From NCBI GenBank assembly GCA_002633005.1, contig NMRA01000201.1:137139-201138 (forward strand): a stretch of 64,000 nucleotides of DNA. Reading direction: 5' to 3'. The position numbers and the translations under genes are program-made. Below the pieces are notes generated by a model. It saw only the letters and a list, made by a program, of their open reading frames with translations, ran no database searches and was not told the DNA's origin. This DNA is from Phoronis australis (lineage: Eukaryota > Animalia > Phoronida). This document shows positions 13,201-25,624 of the stretch, piece by piece (position 1 is the first letter of the stretch; each line of letters starts with the position of its first letter).

Positions 13201-16200
13201 TTCGTTTGTAGCAATTCCTGGAGACATGACGCGCTTCTGAGTAATCCGAGTCGTCAAAGCCCTGCAAGCTTAAATCGTGGTATGTTGTTTTACTTTGGCC
13301 TTGATGTAAATGAACCTTATTACCTGTTTCAAACATAATGCTATAAAGGTCAGTTAAACATGTCCTCGGTTGATTTAGTGTTTAGTGTACTTTACTTCCT
13401 TGAAGAAATTATCTCTGTAACATTAGTCTTTATGTTACAAATCATGTCTTGCATTTCGCATTTTGTTTCTGTGAAGTTCACATTACTTTGTGGTGGACGT
13501 TTTTGATGGCAGTTTTGTTTTGAATTCAGAAAATGCTACAGTGGTAACGTTATGTGATGGAGGTAGCGTTGGTGAACCTTGAAATGTGAATGACAGTGAT
13601 GAAGCCTCATTGGAAGTGAAGCGGTCTGGCAAGGTGTACTATCAAAAGTTTTCACTACGTAAAATGCAGAAGTGTTGATTGAGCGTGTTTCGGGTAGTTT
13701 TTGCCATTTTTTTGTTGCAGAGTATAATATGGTAACGGTTTTGGATCAGGTTTCATGATTTGAATTTTAAATTTTATCATTTCCTGTCTAGCTGTAAAGG
13801 CTATCTGTGAAGAAAAAACACTTCGTTTGTCAAGTCACCCCTTTAGGAGACTCGAGGTAGAAATAATTTGCATTATATTCCCAGAATGAGCAGGTAGCAA
13901 CTCAATCTACTGTGGTTCTTTTGGTATAAGGGACATTTTGCACAAAATTGCTCGAATTTGATTATTGTCACAACTAGAAATCCTCCGATATTCACTAGGT
14001 GGCGCTGATGAAGAAAGGTTCCTCTTGTTAACATCTGAGTAGACTGAGATCAAGAAGTACTTGGTCAGCATGGTTGTTTAGTGTGTACAGGGTATAAGGA
14101 CACTAGGTGGTTGGTTACCTGATGTAACATTTCAGTGGGAGGTCCCTTGCTGCACTAACGCCACCTGGTGAATTTTGCCTTCCACAACGTAAACCTGTTC
14201 CTACAANAAAAATACTTAATTGGTATGCCAATTTACGCAAGTTTGTTTAGTAATCCAATGCTGTGTCATCTCAACATACTATGGGAAAAATTCTTTAATA
14301 TGGGACAAAAATAATTGCTCACAGGCTTACCACATTGTTGCAAATGCTCAAAGTTCTACCAAGTGCTGTTTAGTAATTGCTCCGCCATACAAAGGATGCC
14401 AAAAGCCAAGTGAATTTTCCAGAAAAGTTATTTTTGTTGAAAATTTTGACAAAATGAAATTCACCTGTTTGTCGTATTGTGGTCTGTGTCACAAACTGAA
14501 GAACTTTCACCGTTACAAAATTTTTAATGCTTCATTGCCACATTAGGCACATTTTCTGACCAACAGCTACAAATGCTTCTTACTGCTTGGGATAATGGTA
14601 GTCACTTACTACAGCATCTGGACGGCCGGCTTCTGGTTTGGGATTAGCAAACAAAGATGGTTGACAGTGACAACGACTGCCTTTTCATGGCAACATTCTT
14701 TCTTGACCATGTTAGGTATTGCGGACTTTTTCATTGTTTGACTGACAAAAATTGGTTGCCTACAATAGAAGGAAAGAATGCAGTGAAATTGGAATGGGAA
14801 GCACGTCATGCAAGCCAAAAACGAACCCTGTATTTGTTGTTTACTGCATGTAAGGGGCATCTAGGACTGCGTGGACAATGAAACATTCACCATTCCCGGA
14901 TCTAAGTATGGATTGCTGCATCTTTACAATATATACACAATTTTTACAGGACCACCGATACTTCTATACTCTGATTGGTTGAAACATGGTACGACAACTT
15001 CTCATATTCTGGAATATCACTTTTCATTCATGCCGCTCGGGGGATGTCACAAGTCGCTATTCGTGATCTGACCAATGAGACGCTGTGGAAACCATAAACC
15101 TTCGCTACAGCTGACGATGCAAGCACATCAAAGCAGGTGCTAATCTGTTAGGAGTTGAAAAATCAGAGGAAGAAAGCACCAGTGATCGTTTAATAAATAG
15201 ATATGGATCGATCCCTCAGGCATATCAAGTTGCGTTGTTCTCCCTCGGACCATATGACCTGATCACCATCGCTACTGGTCTGTATTTGTTTACTGTTGGC
15301 CTTCATCATTGAACGTCCTAGTGTCTGTTTCGTGAAAAGAAACTTAAAACTTTGGTTTCCGATACACAGTTGCTGAATAAATGTTTTGCTGTATAATTGT
15401 TAGCACATCACAGTTTGGAAATAATTCTTGAAAATTATCTGAGCAACTAAGGAATTATGGGAATATTTTTCTTTTGCTGTGGTGAGAAACTTTTTGTTCA
15501 GAAATGTTTTTAATTTGTTGTATAAGACGAAATTTCTGACTTTGAGTCTCATTTCATGAAACCCCTTATCCACTTACTAACTGAACTTCTGTTCTTTGAG
15601 TGGATTGTCAATATTTTTAGTTATGACAGGACACAACCTGTCATGTGTGGGTGCTTTCACAGAATGGTGCTGTTTGCCTATTTGACCATATGGAATGTTA
15701 TCAGTCTAATGGGTTCTGCATCCACTTTTTCTTCTGCAGCTTGTACAGATAAAGATAGAATGCCATCAACGTTTATGTTAAAATGACTATAATGCCGTTC
15801 TCCTGTCCAAAATGAGTTCCTAGTCCCCCCACCCCCCCCCCCACAGATGTAAAATTGGACACAGTTATTAAATTAATCCTCAGTGTTTAGATAGAACATC
15901 TAAATAATCTGCGACTCAAATAAGGGCCTAAGACTCTTATTAGGTTTGGTAGACCCTAAAATTGCAAATTTGACAATAGCGCATGAGCTCACTGCCTGTG
16001 TTTTTATACTGTAATGACACTGGCCTTGATTTCAACAAATGTCAGGCAGAAGAATTGGCAGTCTGTAATACAATCGCAAAAATATAACGAATGTTAATGT
16101 TTCATAGCTCTGGTCAAAGCTAATAACTTCACAAGAGTCCATCCCATCCAACAATAACCCCAAAATTTTATGTTTCGGATGCAAAAACCATAATGTCTAA

Positions 16201-19200
16201 TGTCCCTTTAAATCACTCTGAAAAGAAGTGGTGCATACAAGTTAAGTCGCACTATTGTGTTGCTCAGGCAAGTTACACAAAGGAACAGCAGTTCCAGTGT
16301 GGTTATTTTTTCTTTTTTTTCTGTTGTAGTTAATGTGTGTTAGCTTATCCACAGAGTATTTGGCTGCTTTTTGCAAAGTTAGTGGGTTTGATTCCACACA
16401 ATTTAGGACACAGTATGGCAACAAGTGACATTTTTCCTAAAACATTAGCAACACCAAATGTATGCTATATCATTTTGGAAGGTCTATATATAGCTACTAG
16501 CAGACAATCATTCTAATTGTGGGCAATCCACAACATTGTTAGAAGCCTTTGAAAAATGAAAAATGGCCAATTTTAGCAATTATTTTTTGTCTTAGTGAGA
16601 ATTTACCATTCTGGAGGACAATGTCCCTTTAATTCCACCAAAGAATGCTGTGAAATTTCAATGGGGGTTGAGTCGTGCCAATTCCATGTTTTTAGGGCCT
16701 GAAATTACCTTTGTCTTAATTATACATGATTAATGTTGTGACTGTTTTGTAATCTTCATTTTTTTGCATATGTATATCTTTGACTGTTGTGAAGTGCTCC
16801 ATGAATAATAGTTATTGATATTAATTGATACTATTTTATTCTTCTTTTCCACTTTTGTATTTGTATTTCAAATCTATGTGTATGAGAATAAACTGATTAT
16901 TAAACGAAACTGCAATATACAATGTTCTGGTGTCAAAAATAAATTCCTTCTGCTATACTTGGTTAAGCAATGTCAAGGCAATCTTATTCTTTGTTTTAAT
17001 TGTTTTAATTGAAGTGGATTGCAATAAAACGCTTGAAATGCCCTGGTGGTCATAAAGCTTTGCTGCTAAAACTGTCCCACCATGACAAGCTAAGTAATAA
17101 TCCTTGTATGGAGTAATAATTAAATTAAATTCATTTCAATTCTAATCTGGGCAACCAAAAGGTGGGACGATTGTGTAAGGGATTGGTGACCTAAATAAAA
17201 ATTGTTTTTGACAGAAGGTGCTGGTTTATTGCACAAACATTGCACTGGGTATTTGTATTTTTTATCAAAATTAAATATAAAAAGTATTCAAACAGGTTTA
17301 TGATGGATCAACGACAGTTTGAGATGTACCATAACTTCGGCTATGATGCTTCCTGACTTGTGTTTTCGAATTGTGAAATAATAGGATTCTGTCGTATCAT
17401 CAGTTTGGGTGGATATCTCGTAAGAAACTCGTTTTACAGAACGAAGCCCCACTTTAATGAGGGTGGACCTTGATAATTTTGTGATTCAGTCGTCTCGGCT
17501 GCAAGCGTTGCTAGTCAGGCCCTGTGTACTGTAATCACCTGTCGTGTTTACACTGACGAGTTTTTATAGACCTGCTATTTTACTTTTTAATGAACATGAC
17601 TGCAGTGAACATACCTGAGGTGTCACGGTGTACTGATGAATTTCTTTTTAAGTTCTGCATGGCGGATCGATGACTGCGCCTTGATGATTTTTACTTGGCC
17701 GTTTTGCCGCAAGTCAAATCGTATCTTGTGCTACATGTTCTCTGGTTTACTCGCCCTCGTGCGAAAGATTCTGTTAATAACGGTGTCGAGAAGCATTTGT
17801 GTCTTGTGCGATAGTTGAATTTCTTCTGATAGTTGATACATAGATGTTTTTTAAAGTGCTGTCTTTGTCAAAGATTTTTAAAAGATACGTCAACAAGTTG
17901 TTGAACATTTAATCCGCGCGATCCCGTTTTGTCGTATTCACATCCTATAACATTGCTTCCCATTCGTTGATGTGAAGTTTTTATGCACGTTTTGTGCTTC
18001 TTAGTTCATGAAATTGCATTTTACATGCATGAGCCTAGCATTTTTTCGAGAAATGACGATCTGTTAGTTCTGTGAACACCCAGAAATCACTTCTCATATG
18101 GTTTACGAACAAGATGAGAACAATGTTATAGCGGTAAGTGTTCTCAACAAATAGTTCTCGTCGTGGACAGATCATAGGTTTAGTACAGCGGGTTTAAAAG
18201 TATAACCACATGTAGTATTGGTAAAAGAACGTCTTTGTTATATTCCCAGATGTTGTAGTCTTTTTTGGAAGATCGATGGCTCAATTTTTCCCGCAGTGTG
18301 AATCGTGCCATTCGTCTATCACATAGGTCTGTTTTTCTCGACTTCTACTGTGGACTGTGTGCGAAAATAAGTAAAAGGTTACAATGAAGCGCTCGTGTTC
18401 TCTCCGCTCTTTTTGTGCGCAGATGTCAAAATCGCTAACTTTCAGCGTGCCATATGCTTTTGAGTTAGTTGTATTATTATTCTCGATTTTCCATATTCTC
18501 ACAAGGTTTGACAGCTCGACAAAGTCACCAGGATTAAATCAATGTTGCCGGCAGTACGTCAATGAAACGACCATTTGTTATCAATTGGTCTCCTAAAGAT
18601 TTCTAGTCGCCTCTGGTGAGAAAATGCCGTTTGTAATATAATAATCCAAGTCGCGAGCTATTTACTAGCGAAGAGTCACTTTTCAGGCTATAGTTTTTAA
18701 CTGTTGACTGAAACGTTAGACCAGCACACGGGTTAGCAAACCTCGAACTTTCGTTAAATTTGATTCAGAGTATTCCGCGAATTGTCTAATGTCTAAATTG
18801 ATTAAACGTTTAAGTTGCTGAATCCGACTGGCGAATAAGACGAACACTTAAAATTTGATTTAAACCATTTTTAAGGTAATGCATTGAGGAGAATCAGGAA
18901 CTTTGGCCTAGATACAACAAAATTACAATCCGCATGTCCTTGCATTCTCTACTACAATAATCGCGGAAATTTAAACCCAGTCGGTGTCCCCATAAGTGTC
19001 TGAAGTGTTCTCAATCAAGCCTTTTGTGCTAAATGTGGAAAACTAAAAAAAACGTATCAAGTCTTGTCAAGTCTAGTTTCAGTTCTAAACAATTCGTTAC
19101 CAATCAGAAATAGAAAAAATCGAGGACACAGTAACTTTTAGGACAGAGCGCAGGATTCGGTTGTGATCATTACCAAGTGTATTTTTGACAATAATCAATG

Positions 19201-21762
19201 ACACTTTTCTCGACGTCTTACCCTTGGAAATTTCGGTAGTTGAGTCTTCCTACGTGTTTTGGTATCTAGGGGGATTATCTTTAATTATGTTTGCGTAATT
19301 GCTACCCAGCAGCGGTGTCAAAGGATATTTAAATTGAATCAGGAATCTGATATTTTGAGTGTTCTAAATGAGTTTATCTTTAAACGCCGAAGGTAAATTG
19401 TGGTCAAATTTCAGGTTTGTCGGTGTAGTTCTTGCATTTTCAAAACTTTATTGGAACGTATTGCATGTTTGAAACGCTCGACACGTTCGTTACCACCTAG
19501 GCTAGGCAAGTGTTGAACACATTTGGCAAAACGACTCAAACACGTCTTACAACTAGCAATGCGATTAAAACTGTGTACAACGAATCATTAGTAAACAGTT
19601 GGAATTATTATGCAAATGCCAACACGTTTCGAAGAAATCGTGGCCCAGAAAAGACAATTTGTGAAAAGGATATTTGGACAGCCATTCCACGGCCTCGTTA
19701 TTTCACCAGGCGACTGGCTTGAAACATTCGCTGGATACAACTAGTTTCGATTGGAATTCCAGTAAGACATCACACTCAAATCTTTATATAGAGTACCTCG
19801 TCTATTTTTATCCGACTCTGACGCATGGATAAACCTCAACAAATGTTTTGAAGCTTTTTTCTTATAACTTTTTAGTGGGCTATGTTGATCTGTCCCGAGG
19901 GGTATTCACGAAGTAGTGGCTAACTTTAGTGGGAACTCATCGTTCAGTGGCGTTGAATGGAGACCGGACGAGAAGGCTTTTCATGTTTGGAAAGTCTGGG
20001 TCCGCCGGGTTACGCGTTTTAAGATACTCGTTAGTGAACGCTAGATAAATCCCTTGATTCCCTTGTAAGGCGTGATCTCGCCAAATATCAAGAAACAGGA
20101 AACGCAGCCAGCCCTGAACTAGTTCCCACAGTGGCTGCGCCTCCCGGCGAAAGGCAAAGTAGTGTGACATTTCGTCACTTGAATATTGGACAGAAATAAG
20201 CACCAACTGTGTAAATCTGCTTTCCCTTGTCAATAACGAACGCCAAGTAAACACAACTGCAAGATTCGCATTTTCTGTTGCAATGTTTGTTTCAATTTGC
20301 ATCACCTGTTATTTGAAGAAACGTATGGTTCTAGGTTTTACGTACAAAACGTGGTGACAAATGTCGGAAATTGAACAGTTCGTGGAAAAAAAGATGAACA
20401 GAGTTGTGTAAACTTTAGAGCACGTTATTTTGAACGTGTCATAAAAAATAAAAGTTATTGCTTGACCCTTGGGTTTTCTTGTTTAGTGTTTCCCATCATG
20501 TGAACGGGATCCCGCATTTCACGGTAAGTAACGCCAAAGCGTTCAAATGATGCCTGCACTAATTCATTCATGTTGACAACAAACCGCCTTTTTGTCAAAT
20601 AATTTTTGAACGAAAGAACGAATCGCAGAAGTTTCTCCTTTGAATTGCCGTACTCTTTTTATTGCACAGACGTATTGTAGAATATTTTCTTTGTAGCGGT
20701 CCCCTGAAGCAATAAATAAGTGATTACATATATTGCGGTGCACCTGTAAAATTCTAATAATACTTACAACGTCAAATGTTTAAGGGTTCATAAACTATTC
20801 TTTTCATTAACGTTCTGTACACTCCTTGTGTATATCCACCTGTACAGCTGGTAGTGTTTTTGCTCAACAAATGTTGTTTTTCGTAGGATTTCAAGTAAAT
20901 CAACAGCGAAAACACAAATCTGATTAATGCCTCTCGTGAAAACGTGCTTGTTTTTTGTGAATTGGCAGTTTTGCAGAGTCGCTCGATCGAAATATGCACC
21001 AGTTCCTGCAAAATTAACGGAAAGTTTTCAGATCGTATGGTACCGTTTGTAACTAAGTTGGATAGCAGCCATGCTATACTGAGTTGATGTCTAACGGGAA
21101 ACTTTCAAGCTAAAGCATTGCACAGATAATGAGACGGAATTTGGTTTGAAGGTTGTATTTACAAAGGTGTTTTCATGCTGAAACTAAATTTCAAAAGTAA
21201 TATTGAACAATATAATTTTGATTAAGTTTCAAAGAGATACGCAGATTTTCCGCTCGTGTACAATGAACTCTGCAGTTGGAACCCGGGCAAGGGAGGGTAT
21301 ATTATTCACGTTAGGTGATACATTAATCTTGGAGATTAAGTTCCGTTTTATTAAGGGCACGATAATGAATTTGCATTTTAATGAGTTCTGAAGAATGTCT
21401 TTTGTTGGTGCGTGCTTAAAATACTTGAATAAACAAGTAGAGAATTCACGAAGTCTGAATGATACCCGAGACGCATGCGCACGCTGTATGTCCACCTGGC
21501 ATCCAAAGCTTATTATTTTTAGAAAGATTTTTAAGATTTGGTGCAAAGAATGGATCCACTGGTGCTGTGTTCTGATTTGTCAATTCATACATGTAGTTAT
21601 AGATTTTGTGTAGCCCTTGAAAGTGATATATTCAGAATTTTGGGAGACGGTGTCTCTCGTCACAATGTTGCAAGGGAACAATTTTGACAACAGAGCGATT
21701 TACGATTTAATTTAAAAGGCACAACTGCAACTTTCTAATAGTATTCATAAAACGCTGATCAG

Positions 21763-21914
21763 GGCCCAGTTGCATAAAAGTTATGGGCCTACGCCATATA
21801 GCAACAATGACCTCGCATTATCATTCGCCACGTTGTTATTGTTGAACAATCCACGTGACGTCGTGCAACAAACTTATCCAGCGGTTAACTTTTGAAGCTT
21901 TATGCAACTCAGCC
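21763..21914. mobile_element. MITE, PIF/Harbinger-like (CAG target-site duplication)
   Basis: TIRs GGCCCAGTTGCATAAAAG / CTTTATGCAACTCAGCC are flanked by CAG (21760-62 and 21915-17). A solo copy of the TIR (gggctgagttgcataaaa) is at about 10658. Confidence 0.7.
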
Positions 21915-22869
21915 CAGAAGTTTAAAAAGAACTGTAACTGTGCAGTGCCATAGAAACGTGTCGTAAAAACGTGACCACAAGTCAAGTGTCGGTGATGCCA
22001 GAACGAGGGATGAATAAGAACGAACCGTTGTTGTGCGTTCTTAGAAATCTCTGGCGCGAAATACACCGACACACAGTTTCGCAGTTCCCCACATAACGAC
22101 GTTCCCCCCTTCCCAGAATAACGGAACGAAAGCTTGGCCTGATATTGTTTTGCTAAATGGTCCACCAGATCACGTCTTAAAAAGTTGCTGTGCAAATATT
22201 CAGGCTCTTTCCTATGCGTCATTAGCAGCTGAAATGCGATATTTTAAAATAAGCACGTTCCGGATTACCTAGTGTTCTGCTGGTTTGTTTTGCAAACGAC
22301 ATTTTTCAAGAATGTCGTCTGACAAGGTTAGCACAGTGGGAAGCCAGGCTCTGACAACCGCGAGCAAAATCTGAGAAAGCATGAGATAGTCTAGAGGCAG
22401 ATAAACGTCCACATATGCCTAACTTAGTGGAGGCAAACACAGGGATCATACGCTGGTATTAGCCATTCACTGATAAATCATTCCCCAAAACACACATTCA
22501 AAATATTCGAATTGGGGGTTATCATAGTTTAAACAGTCTTATCTTGACGTTTTCTTTAGGACATAAGATTTTGTTGCTCGCTACACAATTAGTGACCATT
22601 AATGAGGATCAACAAAGTATTTAGATTGCGATAGTGTGTTTACGACCTGCAAACTTCAAGTGTTTTCAATCCCGGTCCCAAAGAAATTAAATCAGTGAAT
22701 CAGAAGGCAAACAATGCAGACTAAAATTCATACCCTTTGAAAACAATTTACATCTTATTTAAAATTGCCTTTTCAGGGCACTTACTGCAAGTGACTAGGT
22801 TGGTTATTTAGTCCCATTTCTTTATGTGACGCGATAGAGAGACAACTGAATTTGAAATACGGTGTTTAG

Positions 22870-23145
22870 TTTCAGCTCCCCAGGTGTCAGCACCATAAAG
22901 AGAGGCGGAGCCTGTTCGACGAGTGACGTCAATAAAATTACATGCGTCTCAATGGAAACGCCAAAGAACCAATAAAATGTACGACTTGAGTGCCAATCAA
23001 GTTTACTTCGCGCCTTTTCAATCCTCTAATGCCCACCCACGACGGACTCAGTGGAGAAAAGGTTTGCATAGAGTCCACGTGTTTTATTGTCAGTTGAACA
23101 GTTAGTGTGTAGCTGTGTACAGTAGAGAAGTTTAGAACTCTTAGA
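22870..23145 (+). promoter_or_regulatory. Proximal promoter / 5' UTR of the Musashi gene
   Basis: GC-box-like GAGGCGGAGC at 22902-22911, full CRE palindrome TGACGTCA at 22924-22931, CCAAT boxes at 22969 and 22993, and CTCF-like TCCCCAGGTGTCAGCAC at 22877-22893. All lie within about 270 bp upstream of the ATG in CpG-retaining sequence. The TSS cannot be placed from sequence. Confidence 0.6.
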
Positions 23146-23204
23146 ATGGAGCCTTCAACGCACCAGACCATGAGCAACGGAGAATCCGAATCGAACGATC
23201 CTGG
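23146..23204 (+). CDS. msi: Musashi-family RNA-binding protein, coding exon 1 (MEPSTHQTMSNGESESNDPG)
   Basis: ATG in good Kozak context (agaATGG) with an in-frame upstream stop TAG at 23110. Ends ...AAC GAT CCT GG|gttagt (phase 2). NDPG matches the Musashi HDPG/HDPC just before RRM1. A second in-frame ATG at 23170 is an alternative start. Confidence 0.85.
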
Positions 23205-23348
23205 GTTAGTGGGCCAAACTTAGTTTGGAACGAACCGTGATTAAAACCGCGTTGGTCAATCAATGAATGCTACTTGACCTATTATTTATTGCAAAGTTCA
23301 AACTTATTGACGGCATTGTCTTACACATGTTTTTGTTTTTTGTTGCAG

Positions 23349-23389
23349 AAAAATGTTCGTCGGTGGCTTGAGCTGGCAAACAACTGATG
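23349..23389 (+). CDS. msi: Musashi exon 2, RRM1 RNP2 (KMFVGGLSWQTTD)
   Basis: Acceptor tttttgttgcag, donor G|gtaagc, 41 nt. KMFVGGLSWQT is the Musashi RRM1 signature. Confidence 0.97.
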
Positions 23390-23546
23390 GTAAGCGATCG
23401 ATTGTATAGTTGTTCTGATATTTTCTTGAGTTTGCTGTTCGGTTTGTTTTACATTGCTACTTTGTTCGAAATCGTTCGTCCGAATCAAGATGGAGGCTAG
23501 GATTTGTAAACATTGTTGATCTAATAGTCTATATTTTCCTCTTCAG

Positions 23547-23628
23547 CGTCTCTTGGGGAGTACTTCGGCAACTATGGAGAAATTCATGAGGCTACGGTCA
23601 TGCGAGATCCAAATACGAAGCGTTCGAG
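23547..23628 (+). CDS. msi: Musashi exon 3 (ASLGEYFGNYGEIHEATVMRDPNTKRSR)
   Basis: Acceptor ttttcctcttcag, donor AG|gttagt, 82 nt. Phase fits exons 2 and 4. Contains the VMRDPxTKRSR motif. Confidence 0.97.
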
Positions 23629-24208
23629 GTTAGTTCTGAGAGAAAAATTCATTGACTTCTTGGAGTAGTTTGTGTACCCTCCCGCGTGGGGGCTGTCATT
23701 TTCTTACTAGACGTTAGTGACCAATAGTGATTACTCATAATTTTTAGCTCGGCTTTGTAACATAGGCTTCCGATTTCTCTTTGCCCTTTCTTAGTAATTT
23801 AATTGTCATGTTGTAATTAGTGGCCCTAGTTATTTTGTCCAGATCAGCTTCTTCTGTTTAGCTGGTTGTGTTTAACTGATAGAAGTTGTCTCTGGCTGCC
23901 AAAGTTACTGGTATTGGGCATAGCTGTGTCAAAAGCTTGTTTGGTCATAAATTTTCACGTTCTGAAAGTAGTAATTGCACATCACAATTTGAATATGTTT
24001 TAACAGAACTGGCTTCATGTGTAGTGGTTTGCTAACCTGAAACTAGTGAAGTATGAAAAGTAACTAACTGTCCTAACCGTCAGATATAGTAATCCCAAAG
24101 AATACTACTCCATGGTGTCGGTCAAACAAGCAGCTATGTTGACCAGAGGAACACTCCCTGCTTGCTTTCTTTGACCATATTTTGAATTTATGTTGACCGT
24201 TCTTTCAG

Positions 24209-24293
24209 GGGGTTTGGATTTGTTACATTTCGCGATCCGTCTAGTGTAGACAAGGTCCTTGCTATGGGCAAGCACGAAATAGATGAAAAGAAG
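24209..24293 (+). CDS. msi: Musashi exon 4, RRM1 RNP1 ([28 protein letters not shown])
   Basis: Acceptor gttctttcag, donor AAG|gtactg, 85 nt. RGFGFVTF is the RNP1 octamer, followed by VDKVLA. Confidence 0.97.
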
Positions 24294-24432
24294 GTACTGA
24301 ACTTTTAAACTGCTCAGCTGTGTGAGAAAAAAAGCCGCGGCTTGAATTAAAGGGCTACAGCGTGGGCTGTAGAATGTTCACGGCTCCAATTTAGGAAATT
24401 TTGAAATCTTAGATCTAGAAAATATAGTTTAA

Positions 24433-24777
24433 AGCGGTCATAAACCCGTGGTCGGTCCAAGAAGAAAACTTTTGGTTTAGACAACTTACAGCTTTGAATT
24501 TGGTCTCTATTTGTTCCTCACATTCATTAAACGTGATTTACAGAGAACTGAGAGTTCTTTATTCCTTGAGACCGTGCTTGGTGAATAAAATGTCTCGGCG
24601 TCACAAGCCATCTTGTAAAGGCTAGATGAGATCACTAATGAACTATGTTTCCTTTTGAAGTCCTGAAATCACCTATAATTTGATTTTTAGAAGGAACAAT
24701 TCGAGACCAATTTTGTCATGGCAAGTGGTCTTAATCATAAGTTGGGTTTTGTGAGGGACGGTGGGTTGATAGCCGCT
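24433..24777. mobile_element. Possible Kolobok-type non-autonomous element (TTAA TSD) in intron 4
   Basis: TTAA|AGCGGTCATA ... GATAGCCGCT|TTAA. The TIR match is short, so the call is tentative. Confidence 0.4.
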
Positions 24778-25582
24778 TTAAAGGCTAACGGCATGTTTGA
24801 AATTTGAATCACGTACACTCTAGTCCTCGCATACATATTCAAGCCCTGGTTTTTTGTTAGTTCATGCTTAGTTTGTTATGTTTTCCAAGACATCTTCTAG
24901 TCTACTGTGTACATATACAGATATTATGTGTTTTACTGTAGCCCTGCTTGTTTAAACTTGAGAAGGCATTCTTAGATCTGGCTAGAACAACACTCTATCT
25001 GACTATATAGCTGCTAGTGTCGCATGATCTTAAAAAAATAGCTGACAAATCGTTGACAGTGTTGGACATGATATATGATCATTGTTTGTCGTAATTGCCT
25101 GTCATCAATCGATGCCATGTTCGCCAATTTACCATAAAAGTCTGATCCAGTCAAATCAGTGATACAGAAAAATCAGCCGTAATCTTTACGCATTGTTCTA
25201 AGCATTACTATTCCGTAGTGTTATGCGTAGTTCTCTTCTGCCTAAAGAAGTTGTGTGAGTAATTTAAATTTCTGCTGAGGCTATCGATGGAATTCTATTC
25301 TCAATATTACCTCACCTTGGCAGACTTTGTAATCAGTACCAGGTCAACTTCAAGCCCAAAGTTTATCTGTGATTTGAAATGCCTGTCACTGTGGCCACGT
25401 CATAAATCACTGATAGGCTTGAGGCATTAAGATTTTGCTTGAATCTTTTATTTAATGAAATCCCTGCAAAACGTTTTACCCAACCCCCAGATATTGAAAA
25501 AAACGGCAATGTATGTGTTTGGTAGAGTTCTATAATCAAATTTTGTGCAATTTCCTTAATTAATTTACGATTTCGATTTCAG

Positions 25583-25624
25583 GTTGATCCAAAGTTGGCA
25601 GTACCCAAGAAGGCCCAGCCAAAG
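25583..25624 (+). CDS. msi: Musashi exon 5 (VDPKLAVPKKAQPK)
   Basis: Acceptor tttcgatttcag, donor AAG|gtattt, 42 nt. Corresponds to vertebrate MSI IDPKVAFPRRAQPK. Confidence 0.95.

Noticed and set aside
13721-13731. 11-nt microexon candidate (ttttgttgcag|AGTATAATATG|gtaacg)
   Set aside because: The donor is mediocre and the phases do not connect to Musashi exon 2. There is no other support.
22887-22907. REST/RE1-like TCAGCACCA in the promoter
   Set aside because: Only the left half-site matches; the GGACAG half is absent.
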